DNA of 64,000 nucleotides from NCBI GenBank assembly GCA_963662585.1, contig OY759729.1, forward strand, positions 32,001 to 96,000. Direction: 5' to 3'. Shown piece by piece: positions 28,207 through 37,109 of the stretch. Every line of letters begins with the position of its first letter. Within the stretch, counting starts at the first letter, position 1. This DNA is from Candidatus Cloacimonadales bacterium. GTDB taxonomy: Bacteria; Cloacimonadota; Cloacimonadia; Cloacimonadales; JAFGVF01. Under the pieces are notes generated by a model, which had not been told where the DNA came from, did not search any database, and was given only the letters and a program-made list of their open reading frames with translations. A program made the translations under genes and the position numbers.

Positions 28207-29500
28207 AGAAGAAGAAAAGATTTTAGAGCAAGTAGTAATTGTAGGAAGTTACCAAAAGAATAATAGACAGTCTGAATTTGAAGAATTACTAGAAGAAACA
28301 AAACTTCTATGTAAAACTGCCAATCTTGAAGTAGTAGAGATTTTTACTCAAGGTCTACCTAATTATAAATCAGATAGTTATGTTGGTAAAGGTAAATTAG
28401 CAGAAATTAATGAGTATTGTGAAGAACATAATATTCATACACTAGTTTTTGTAGATAATCTTAATCCTTCTCAAGCTAAATTGATAAGTCAAGTTACTCT
28501 TGCCAATGTAGTAGATAGAACTGAACTAATCCTAAGTATTTTTGCCAAACATGCAAGAACTAGTGTTGCTAAAATGCAGGTAGAATTAGCCCAATTAGAA
28601 TATAGTTATTCTAAACTTAGAAACCTTTGGCAACATTTCTCAAGAATAGTTGGTGGCGTAGGAACTAAAGGTCCAGGAGAAAGTCAGTTAGAGATAGATA
28701 GAAGATTAGTACAGAAAAGAATTAGCTTCCTAAAAAATAAAGTAGAAATGCTAAAAAAGATTACTCATGAACAAAGGAAAAATAGAGAAGAATACTTCAA
28801 AATAGCCCTAGTAGGATATACTAATGCTGGTAAATCTACTCTCTTTAATGCTTTGACTAGATCTGAGATCTATGTGGCAGATGAGTTATTCGCTACTTTG
28901 GATTCTAAATCAAAATTACTCTACAATGAAGCGGGAAAGATTATTTTAACTGATACTGTTGGATTCATAAGGAATCTTCCCACAACTTTAGTATCATCTT
29001 TCTATTCAACCTTGACTGATGTAGTTGATGCAGATTTATTGCTTCATGTTGTTGATTCTTCCCAGCTAGGAATTGAAAGAAGAATCGAAGAAGTTAATAA
29101 AGTAATTAAAGAGATTAATGCTCAAGATGTCCCAGTAATTATGGTTTTCAATAAAATTGATTCAATTGAAGGCTTAACCTCGAAATTCTTACTAAAAGGA
29201 ATTAGTCTCTCTTATCCTAATTCTCTCTTTATTTCTGCTAAATTAAAAACAAATATCTTAGAGATAAATGAGAAAATTAAAGAGTTATTGTTAAAAAAAG
29301 ATAATAAGAAAAAGATTGAAATTCCAATAGATTTAAAATCTTTAATCTCTTTTCTTGACAAAAAATATAGTGGTTCTAAAAAATTGTATATAGAAGATAA
29401 AATGAGTTATGAATATACTTTAAATATTGCAGATTCAGAGTTTTTAGAAATAAAGAAGCAGGTTGATAAGTATCATGAACTACAATTCATTAACTCTTGA
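28196..29500 (+). CDS. hflX: Ribosome-splitting GTPase HflX
   Basis: GKGK, DRTELILSIF, QVELAQL, GPGESQLEIDRR, GYTNAGKST, LFATLD, DTVGFI, NKID. Confidence 0.95.
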   Translation: MNLREEEKILEQVVIVGSYQKNNRQSEFEELLEETKLLCKTANLEVVEIFTQGLPNYKSDSYVGKGKLAEINEYCEEHNIHTLVFVDNLNPSQAKLISQVTLANVVDRTELILSIFAKHARTSVAKMQVELAQLEYSYSKLRNLWQHFSRIVGGVGTKGPGESQLEIDRRLVQKRISFLKNKVEMLKKITHEQRKNREEYFKIALVGYTNAGKSTLFNALTRSEIYVADELFATLDSKSKLLYNEAGKIILTDTVGFIRNLPTTLVSSFYSTLTDVVDADLLLHVVDSSQLGIERRIEEVNKVIKEINAQDVPVIMVFNKIDSIEGLTSKFLLKGISLSYPNSLFISAKLKTNILEINEKIKELLLKKDNKKKIEIPIDLKSLISFLDKKYSGSKKLYIEDKMSYEYTLNIADSEFLEIKKQVDKYHELQFINS

Positions 29501-29539
29501 TAAAGTCATAAAACAAAATAAAAATAAATGGGGGAAATT

Positions 29540-30760
29540 ATGATTAAAAATTTAGATGCTATTCTCTCTACTAATGTAAAACGCATGAAGCGTTCTGCTA
29601 TCAGAGAACTACTAAAATTAGTCAATAATCCTGATATTATCTCTTTTGCAGGTGGATTACCTGCTCCAGAGTCCTTCCCGATTGATGAACTAAAAGAGAT
29701 CACATTAGAAGTTCTAGAACAAGATGGAGCCCAAGTACTCCAATATGGAGCAACTGAAGGTGATCCTCTTTTAAGAGAACAATTAGTTAAAATGTATGTT
29801 GAAACTGGTCACGATGTTACAATTGATAATTTAATCATTACAACCGCATCTCAACAGGCTTTAGATCTAATTGCAAAAGTATTTATTACTCCAGGTGATA
29901 AGGTTATCGTAGGACTACCATCATATCTTGGTGGATTAAGCGCTTTCAATAGTTATGGTGCAGAAATGGTAGGAATTCCTTTAGATGAAAAAGGTATGAG
30001 ATCTGATCTTTTAGACAAAAAATTAGCTGAATTAAAGTTAAATAATGACCTCCCTAAATTCATTTATATTATTCCTGATTTCCAAAACCCTGCAGGTATT
30101 ACTATGCCTGAATGCAGAAGAAAAGAAATTATTGAGATAGCTCATAAATATGATATTCTTATTTTAGAAGATTCTCCTTACAGAGAATTAAGATTTGAAG
30201 GTGAACACCAAAAAACTATGTATCAGTTAGACGGTACAGAGCAAGTTATTATACTAGGAACCTTCTCAAAAATCTTTGCTCCTGGTTTTAGAATTGGTTG
30301 GGTTTTAGGTAATTCTCAAGTACTTGACAAGATAGTTGTTGCTAAACAAGCTACTGATTTATGTACACCTCCTTTTACCCAAAGAATTGCGGCACGCTAC
30401 CTTGAAAAAGGTTTGCTTAAGCAGAATGTTAAGAAAATTATAAAAATGTATAGTGCAAAAAAAGATATTATGATGGATGCTTTAGAAGCAAATATGCCTG
30501 AAGGGGTTACTTGGACAAAATCTGAAGGTGGATTATTCACATTAATGACTCTTCCTGAATATATTGATACTAACGAGTTAATTAAAACAGCTATCAAAGA
30601 AGAAAATGTTGCCTTTGTTGCTGGTTCATCTTTCTACTGCGATGGTGGCGGTACTAATACATTGCGTTTAAATTTCTCTTACGCTTCCGAAGAAAAGAAC
30701 TTAGAAGGTGTAAGAAGATTAGCCAATGTTATCAAAAAAGAAATAAATAAACATAAATAA
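29540..30760 (+). CDS. PLP aminotransferase, 2-aminoadipate/aromatic (LysN-like)
   Basis: SAIRELLK, ISFAGGLP, QYGATEG, PDFQNPAG, GTFSKIFAPGFRIGW, RLNFS. Confidence 0.88.
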   Translation: MIKNLDAILSTNVKRMKRSAIRELLKLVNNPDIISFAGGLPAPESFPIDELKEITLEVLEQDGAQVLQYGATEGDPLLREQLVKMYVETGHDVTIDNLIITTASQQALDLIAKVFITPGDKVIVGLPSYLGGLSAFNSYGAEMVGIPLDEKGMRSDLLDKKLAELKLNNDLPKFIYIIPDFQNPAGITMPECRRKEIIEIAHKYDILILEDSPYRELRFEGEHQKTMYQLDGTEQVIILGTFSKIFAPGFRIGWVLGNSQVLDKIVVAKQATDLCTPPFTQRIAARYLEKGLLKQNVKKIIKMYSAKKDIMMDALEANMPEGVTWTKSEGGLFTLMTLPEYIDTNELIKTAIKEENVAFVAGSSFYCDGGGTNTLRLNFSYASEEKNLEGVRRLANVIKKEINKHK

Positions 30761-30771
30761 GGAGTCGTGCT

Positions 30772-30975
30772 ATGGCAAGAATGACAGTCAATCCTAAATA
30801 TTGTAAGGGTTGTGGACTATGTATTGCAGCGTGCCCTAAGAAAATCATTAGATTTTCTGTGAATATTAATGAAAAAGGTTATAATTATGCTGAATGTTTT
30901 GATCAAGAAGCATGTATTGCCTGTAAATTATGCTACACAACCTGTCCGGATGTAGCGATAACTATCGAAAAATAA
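30772..30975 (+). CDS. 2x[4Fe-4S] ferredoxin subunit of 2-oxoacid oxidoreductase (VorC-like)
   Basis: CKGCGLCIAACP and CIACKLCYTTCP; GGAG RBS. Confidence 0.9.
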   Translation: MARMTVNPKYCKGCGLCIAACPKKIIRFSVNINEKGYNYAECFDQEACIACKLCYTTCPDVAITIEK

Positions 30976-30985
30976 GGAGAGGAAA

Positions 30986-32065
30986 ATGGCAAAAGTTTTA
31001 ATGAAAGGTAATGAGGCGGTTGCAGAAGCTGCTATAAGATCAGGTTGCAGATTATATTTTGCTTACCCTATAACTCCTCAAAGTGAGTTAATTGAATATA
31101 TGGCCCGCATGATGCCTAAGGTTGATGGTGTATTCCTTCAAGCTGAAAGTGAAGTTGCTGCTATAAATATGGTTTATGGTGCAGCTGGTGCAGGAAGAAG
31201 AGTTATGACCTCTTCATCTTCACCTGGAATTTCCCTAAAAATGGAAGGAATTTCCTATATTGCTGGTGCAAATTTACCTGCTGTTATAGTTAATGTACAG
31301 CGTGGTGGACCTGGACTTGGTGATATCCAACCTGCTCAAGGTGATTATTTCCAAGCTACTAAGGGTGGCGGACATGGCGATTATCACACAATCGTTTTAG
31401 CACCTGCTTCAGTTCAAGAATTTGCTGATATGGCAAGTGAAGCTTTTGAATTAGCAGACAACTATAGAATCCCTGTTATGATTCTTTCAGATGGTATGTT
31501 AGGTCAAATGATGGAACCTGTTGAATTCAAAGATCCTGTAACTGATGAAGAGTTAGCTGTAATGGATAAGCGTCATAAAGATTGGTGTATTCATCCAAAA
31601 GAAGAGGGCGAAGCTCCTCATCACAATGAGATTAACTCTTTAGAAATCGATCCAAGTGTTTTAGAACAACATGTTATGGATTTAGATAAGAAGTACAAGC
31701 TTATTGAATCAAAAGAGATTAAAGTAGAAGAATACAATATAAATGATGATAATGAAATGGTATGTGTTGCTTTTGGAACTGCTTCTAGAATAGTTCGTTC
31801 TGCAATTGACCAGCTTAATGCTGAAGGTAAAAATATCGGATTAATCAGACCTATCACTGTATGGCCTTATCCTTATGCAACTATTGCTAATGCACTACAT
31901 GATAAAGTGAAAAAAGTTATGGTCTTTGAACTTAACTTAGGTCAGATGGTTGAAGATGTTAAGCTAGCAGTAAATGGCAAGTTACCGGTAGAATTCTTTG
32001 GTAAAGTTGGTGGAATAGTCTTCACACCTGAAGAAATTAAAGCAAAAATCGAAGAAAACTTATAG
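30986..32065 (+). CDS. vorB: Branched-chain 2-oxoacid:ferredoxin oxidoreductase alpha subunit (VorB)
   Basis: MKGNEAVAEAA, YPITPQSE, QAESE, TSSSSPGISLK, QRGGPGLG, ATKGGGHGDY. Confidence 0.88.
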   Translation: MAKVLMKGNEAVAEAAIRSGCRLYFAYPITPQSELIEYMARMMPKVDGVFLQAESEVAAINMVYGAAGAGRRVMTSSSSPGISLKMEGISYIAGANLPAVIVNVQRGGPGLGDIQPAQGDYFQATKGGGHGDYHTIVLAPASVQEFADMASEAFELADNYRIPVMILSDGMLGQMMEPVEFKDPVTDEELAVMDKRHKDWCIHPKEEGEAPHHNEINSLEIDPSVLEQHVMDLDKKYKLIESKEIKVEEYNINDDNEMVCVAFGTASRIVRSAIDQLNAEGKNIGLIRPITVWPYPYATIANALHDKVKKVMVFELNLGQMVEDVKLAVNGKLPVEFFGKVGGIVFTPEEIKAKIEENL

Positions 32066-32073
32066 GAGTAAAA

Positions 32074-32817
32074 ATGCAAGTAATCGCAACAAGACCTAAA
32101 TCATTAACTGATTTACAGTTTACTTACTGTCCAGGCTGTCTTCATGGGGTAGCTCATAGATTGATTGCCGAAGCTATAGATGAATTAGAAATCCAAGATA
32201 CAGCTACAGGTGTTGCACCTGTTGGTTGTTCCGTATTCGCATATAAATTCTTTGATATGGATATGGCTGAAGCTGCTCATGGTAGAGCTCCTGCAGTTGC
32301 TACTGGTATCAAAAGAGCTAGACCAAATATGCAAGTTTTCACTTATCAAGGTGATGGAGATTTAGCTGCTATCGGTACTGCTGAAATCGTTCATGCTGCT
32401 AATAGAGGTGAACATATCTCTGTATTCTTCGTGAATAATGCTATTTATGGTATGACTGGTGGCCAAATGGCACCTACAACTCTTCCTGATATGAAAACTA
32501 CAACTTCTCCTTATGGTAGAAAAACTGATGATGTTGGTTTCCCTATCCAAGTATGTGAGTTACTCAATACTTTACATGCTCCTTATTATATTGAAAGAGT
32601 TTCTCTCCTTTCACCTGCTGATATTATCAAAGCAAAAAAGGCTGTGAAAAAAGCTCTAACTTATAATAAAGAAGGAAGAGGATTCACTATTGTTGAGCTA
32701 CTTTCAACTTGTCCTACAAACTGGGGAATGACTGCTGTTGATTCTCTTAAATGGGCAAAAGAAAAAATGATTCCATTCTTCCCACTTGGAAAGTTCAGAG
32801 ATAGAGGGGAGGAATAG
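32074..32817 (+). CDS. 2-oxoacid:ferredoxin oxidoreductase beta (TPP-binding) subunit
   Basis: YCPGCLHG, PVGC, AHGRA, YQGDGD, NNAIYGMTGGQMAPTT, CPTNW. Confidence 0.92.
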   Translation: MQVIATRPKSLTDLQFTYCPGCLHGVAHRLIAEAIDELEIQDTATGVAPVGCSVFAYKFFDMDMAEAAHGRAPAVATGIKRARPNMQVFTYQGDGDLAAIGTAEIVHAANRGEHISVFFVNNAIYGMTGGQMAPTTLPDMKTTTSPYGRKTDDVGFPIQVCELLNTLHAPYYIERVSLLSPADIIKAKKAVKKALTYNKEGRGFTIVELLSTCPTNWGMTAVDSLKWAKEKMIPFFPLGKFRDRGEE

Positions 32818-32819
32818 AA

Positions 32820-33356
32820 ATGATGTATGAAATAATAAGCTCAGGTTTTGGTGGTCAAGGTGCTTTAACTATAGGAAAGTTCTTAGCTAAAGCTGGTATG
32901 AAAGAAGGAAAACATGTTTCTTGGTTACCTTCTTATGGTCCTGAAATGAGAGGCGGTACAGCTAATGTTGCTGCAGTAATCTCTGACAAACCAATCGCTT
33001 CCCCAATCGTTACATACCCAAATGTATTGATTGCTTTAAATCAGCCTTCAATCGATAAATTCGCATCTTTTGTTGTAAAAGGTGGGTTTATCATTGCTAA
33101 TGAAGACTTATGTCCTAAGATTCCTCAAATTGAAGGAATCAAAACTGTTTCAGCTTCACTTTCAAAGTTAGCTGCTGAGATAGGTAGTGATATGGTGCTT
33201 AATATGTTAGCTATTGGTATTGTAATCGGTTTAACTGATATGATAAAATATGAGACTATTGAATCTGATTTAACCTCATTCTTAATTAAGAAAAATCCTG
33301 AATTACTCAAGATGAATCTTATCGCAATTAAGAAAGGTATGGAGTTAGCTAAATAG
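32820..33356 (+). CDS. 2-oxoacid:ferredoxin oxidoreductase gamma subunit
   Basis: GFGGQG, PSYGPEMRGG, LNQPS. Confidence 0.92.
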   Translation: MMYEIISSGFGGQGALTIGKFLAKAGMKEGKHVSWLPSYGPEMRGGTANVAAVISDKPIASPIVTYPNVLIALNQPSIDKFASFVVKGGFIIANEDLCPKIPQIEGIKTVSASLSKLAAEIGSDMVLNMLAIGIVIGLTDMIKYETIESDLTSFLIKKNPELLKMNLIAIKKGMELAK

Positions 33357-33374
33357 CTTAAAGTAAATATAATT

Positions 33375-33409
33375 AGAGAGATTGTGTTTTTACCGGTCTC
33401 TCTTTTTTT
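33375..33409 (+). terminator. Rho-independent terminator
   Basis: AGAGAGATT...GGTCTCTCT stem with G-U pairs followed by a T tract, after the vor operon. Confidence 0.7.
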
Positions 33410-33563
33410 ATTTGAAAAAAATATTAAAAAAGCTTGCATTGTTAAATTACAAAATAGATTGAATTTATAAGACTTAGTTTAACGATATTATAATAATTTA
33501 TTTTAAAGATACTTGACAGATAATTTGCCTTAAAAAAAATAAAAATAAAACCACTGGAGAAAA

Positions 33564-34367
33564 ATGGAAAAGAGAGCGATTGGGATTTTCGATTCAGGTG
33601 TTGGAGGACTCACAGTTTTTAAATCAATTAGAGAATATTTTCCTTATGAAGATATAATCTATTTTGGTGATACTGCAAGAGTACCTTATGGACCTAAGTC
33701 AAAACATACAGTAATAAACTATTCTATACAAAATACTAGATTCTTGCTTCAACAAAATATTAAATTATTAATAATTGCTTGCAATACTTCTTCAGCTGTA
33801 GCAATTCCATATTTGCAGAAAATGACAAGCATCCCTGTCATTGGTGTTATTATTCCTGGGGCAGAAGAAGCAATTTCTTTATCAAAAACTGGCAGAATAG
33901 GTATTATCGGAACTGAAGGAACTATCAATAGCGAAGCTTATAAAAATGAACTGTTAAAACTAAATTCTAACTTAGAAATTTTTTCCCAACCATGCCCTCT
34001 CTTTGTATCTCTAGTAGAGGAAGGCTGGCTTGACAAAGAAGTAACCCATCTGGTTATCAATGAATATCTTTCTGAATTTAAGAAATATGGTGTTGATACC
34101 CTAATATTAGGCTGTACCCATTATCCAGTTCTCAAGCCTGCAATTAATACCTTCTTTTCAGAGAAAGTAAATCTCGTCGATAGCTCACAAGCAATTATTA
34201 AACACATCAAACCCTATATTGATTCTTCATCTTCTCAACTGGGTAAAGATCTCTTTTATGTGAGTGATAATGAGAATAAATTCATCAAAATTGCAGATAT
34301 GATTTTAGATAAAAAGATTACTGATCTAAAGAAAGTTACTCTTGGCGAAAGTTGGTTTATAGATTAA
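33564..34367 (+). CDS. murI: Glutamate racemase
   Basis: FDSGVGGLTV, PYG, ACNTSS, LGCTHYP. Confidence 0.96.
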   Translation: MEKRAIGIFDSGVGGLTVFKSIREYFPYEDIIYFGDTARVPYGPKSKHTVINYSIQNTRFLLQQNIKLLIIACNTSSAVAIPYLQKMTSIPVIGVIIPGAEEAISLSKTGRIGIIGTEGTINSEAYKNELLKLNSNLEIFSQPCPLFVSLVEEGWLDKEVTHLVINEYLSEFKKYGVDTLILGCTHYPVLKPAINTFFSEKVNLVDSSQAIIKHIKPYIDSSSSQLGKDLFYVSDNENKFIKIADMILDKKITDLKKVTLGESWFID

Positions 34368-35428
34368 TGAATATGCAGGAAATATACAAATTATTAATTG
34401 AAGATTATTTAAATATTAATTCAGAACAAATTATTGTTTTATCAGGAATCTTAGACACTTCTGAGAATTGCGACTTGTCTGATGTTAAAATTATAGAAGA
34501 CTTAGCTTTATTAGTCCGGAATAGAGGTGCATTTCCTGTTTTAGATTTAGCATCAAAATCACTGAAAATTAGAGTTTTAGAAGAAACACCTGAAGAAAAT
34601 TACTTCGTTCCTACAGAGTATTTTTCCCAATGGGTCAAATTAGTTAATGTTATTATTGATCTTAGTTTCCCAGAAATTAGAAATATATTTACTGATAACT
34701 ACTTTACTGCTCAAAAAACTGATTTAATAAATAAATCTCTTCAAGCAATTTATAAAAATATGCTTATAGCAGACAAGATCGTTCTTCTTCCTAATTTTCC
34801 CAAAAAGGCTATTGCAAACTACTACAATATCGATCTATCTATCTTGGAAAGATTCTATATTGGTACTTTTGGACCTATTGAAAATAAAATGAATGTTAAA
34901 GGCTTAAAAGTGCTTAATCATATAGTGCCTGGTAAAACCTTTTATTTACAGGATAATGATGATACTCAAGAAAAATTAAAATTACAAATTTCAGACCAGC
35001 AAAGTTATTTTGTTAGCAATACGATTAGTAGCTCATATACAGTGCTTCCTTATGGTTTTGTTTCCCTCACAGTAGATAAAAATAGTTTAACAGGTGTTAT
35101 TAAGGCTGAAAAGTTATATTATAAGAATTTGTGCAAGAATTCTGTAACAATACATTTCTCTTATGGCAATATTCTCTCTCTTCAATTTGAGAATAATGAT
35201 AGTATAGCTGAAATAATTAAAGTTGGTTTGATTAATAGCAAAGAGAGAGTAGAATTCTTTATTGGGGTTAATAATGGAGTTTCTGAACATTGTAACTACA
35301 ACTATTATGATCGCTGTATTGATAACAATTTTAGTTTGGTATTCTACGACGAATTAAACAATATTATTGAAATTAGTTCAAAATCAGTTCAGTTAACAAA
35401 TGAAAATTCAAAAAATATTTTATTATAA
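34367..35428 (+). CDS. Hypothetical protein, remote resemblance to M29 aminopeptidases without obvious metal ligands
   Basis: TAATG coupling with murI; RGAFPV, LPYGFV and EFFIGVN loosely echo M29 motifs. Confidence 0.45.
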   Translation: MNMQEIYKLLIEDYLNINSEQIIVLSGILDTSENCDLSDVKIIEDLALLVRNRGAFPVLDLASKSLKIRVLEETPEENYFVPTEYFSQWVKLVNVIIDLSFPEIRNIFTDNYFTAQKTDLINKSLQAIYKNMLIADKIVLLPNFPKKAIANYYNIDLSILERFYIGTFGPIENKMNVKGLKVLNHIVPGKTFYLQDNDDTQEKLKLQISDQQSYFVSNTISSSYTVLPYGFVSLTVDKNSLTGVIKAEKLYYKNLCKNSVTIHFSYGNILSLQFENNDSIAEIIKVGLINSKERVEFFIGVNNGVSEHCNYNYYDRCIDNNFSLVFYDELNNIIEISSKSVQLTNENSKNILL

Positions 35429-35439
35429 AAGGTGTAAAA

Positions 35440-37044
35440 ATGGCTAAACATATTTTTGTTATGGGTGGTGTGTTATCCTCTTTAGGAAAAGGAATTGCTG
35501 CAGCCTCTATTGGCTTGTTGCTTAAGAAAATGGGGTATAAAGTTGGACTGCAAAAAATGGACCCCTATTTAAATGTTGACCCTGGGACTATGAGTCCTTA
35601 TCAACATGGGGAAGTCTTCGTTACTGATGATGGAGCTGAGACAGATTTAGATTTAGGACACTATGAAAGATTTATAGATGTTCCCTTATCTAAACTCTCC
35701 AGTGTATCTTCTGGGCAAATCTATGAATCAGTTATCAAGAAAGAACGCAGAGGAGACTATCTTGGCAAAACAGTTCAAGTAATACCTCACATAACTAACG
35801 AAATTATCTCCAAAGTTAAGCAGATAGGGGAGATGTATGATATAGTTATTACTGAGATAGGTGGAACTGTTGGTGATATTGAATCCTTACCATTCTTGGA
35901 AGCTATAAGACAATTTAGGATGGAAGTTGGTACTGAGAACTCACTTTTTGTTCTATTAACTTATGTTCCTTATATTAAATCTGCTGGAGAATTAAAAACT
36001 AAACCAACTCAACATAGTGCTATAAAGTTAAGAGAGATTGGTATTCAACCAGATATTCTCTTATGTAGATCAGAAAAACCTTTTTCTCAGGATATTATTA
36101 AAAAAATATCACTCTTCACTAATGTTCAGATTAAATCAGTTATCAATGCCATTGATGTTGATTCTGTCTTTAGTGTACCAAGAAACTACTTCGTTGAAGG
36201 ACTACACGAAACTATATGCAAACAATTAGGTTTAGATGTGAAAGAAATTGATTTCTCTCAATTAGATAATTATATTAAAAAAACTCAAGGCCATAAACAC
36301 GAAATCAATGTTGCTGTTTGTGGGAAGTATGTTCAACATCAAGATGCTTATAAATCTGTTGAACAATCAATAATCCATGCTGGTATAGCTAATGAAATTA
36401 AAGTAAATATAGAATGGATTGATTCTGAAACTAGTTATGACCCTGAATTACTAAACGAGAGATTTAAGAAAATAGATGGTATCCTAATTCCTGGTGGTTT
36501 TGGATTAAGAGGAATTGAAGGTAAAGTCAACATCGTTAAGTATGCCAGAGAAAATAATATTCCTTTCTTTGGAATTTGTCTAGGTATGCAGGTAGCTGTT
36601 ATAGAATTCGCCAGAAATGTATGTAACATTAAAGATGCTTTTAGCTCTGAATTTGACCACTCTTGCGAAAATCCTGTTATTCATTTGATGGATGACCAAG
36701 CCTATATTGATAAGTTAGGCGGAACTATGCGTTTGGGTGCTTTCCCTTGCAAAGTTCTACCTAAGACCCTAGCTTGGGACGCTTATCAGTCTACTGATAT
36801 TATCGAAAGACACAGGCATCGTTATGAATTTAACAATAAATATCGCCAAGTAATGCAAGAAAAAGGAATGGTGATTTCAGGAACCTCTCCAGATGAACTT
36901 TTAGTTGAAATTATTGAATATCCTGCTAATGACTTCTTTATTGCAGTTCAATTTCATCCAGAATTTTTATCAAGGCCATTAAGACCACATCCTATTTTTA
37001 ATAAATTCATTATCTCTTCTCTCAAGAAGAAGAATTCAAAATAA
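35440..37044 (+). CDS. pyrG: CTP synthase
   Basis: GGVLSSLGKG, DPYLNVDPGTMSP, GGTVGDIES, KTKPTQHS, GICLGMQ, ERHRHRYE, QFHPE. Confidence 0.97.
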   Translation: MAKHIFVMGGVLSSLGKGIAAASIGLLLKKMGYKVGLQKMDPYLNVDPGTMSPYQHGEVFVTDDGAETDLDLGHYERFIDVPLSKLSSVSSGQIYESVIKKERRGDYLGKTVQVIPHITNEIISKVKQIGEMYDIVITEIGGTVGDIESLPFLEAIRQFRMEVGTENSLFVLLTYVPYIKSAGELKTKPTQHSAIKLREIGIQPDILLCRSEKPFSQDIIKKISLFTNVQIKSVINAIDVDSVFSVPRNYFVEGLHETICKQLGLDVKEIDFSQLDNYIKKTQGHKHEINVAVCGKYVQHQDAYKSVEQSIIHAGIANEIKVNIEWIDSETSYDPELLNERFKKIDGILIPGGFGLRGIEGKVNIVKYARENNIPFFGICLGMQVAVIEFARNVCNIKDAFSSEFDHSCENPVIHLMDDQAYIDKLGGTMRLGAFPCKVLPKTLAWDAYQSTDIIERHRHRYEFNNKYRQVMQEKGMVISGTSPDELLVEIIEYPANDFFIAVQFHPEFLSRPLRPHPIFNKFIISSLKKKNSK

Positions 37045-37058
37045 ATAATTTTACTAAT

Positions 37059-37096
37059 AAAAAAAGCTTAAAGATATTTATCCTTAAGCTTTTTTT
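37059..37096. terminator. Bidirectional rho-independent terminator
   Basis: A7-GCTTAA...TTAAGC-T7 between convergent pyrG and rnr. Confidence 0.85.
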
Positions 37097-37109
37097 CTTT
37101 TATGAGATA

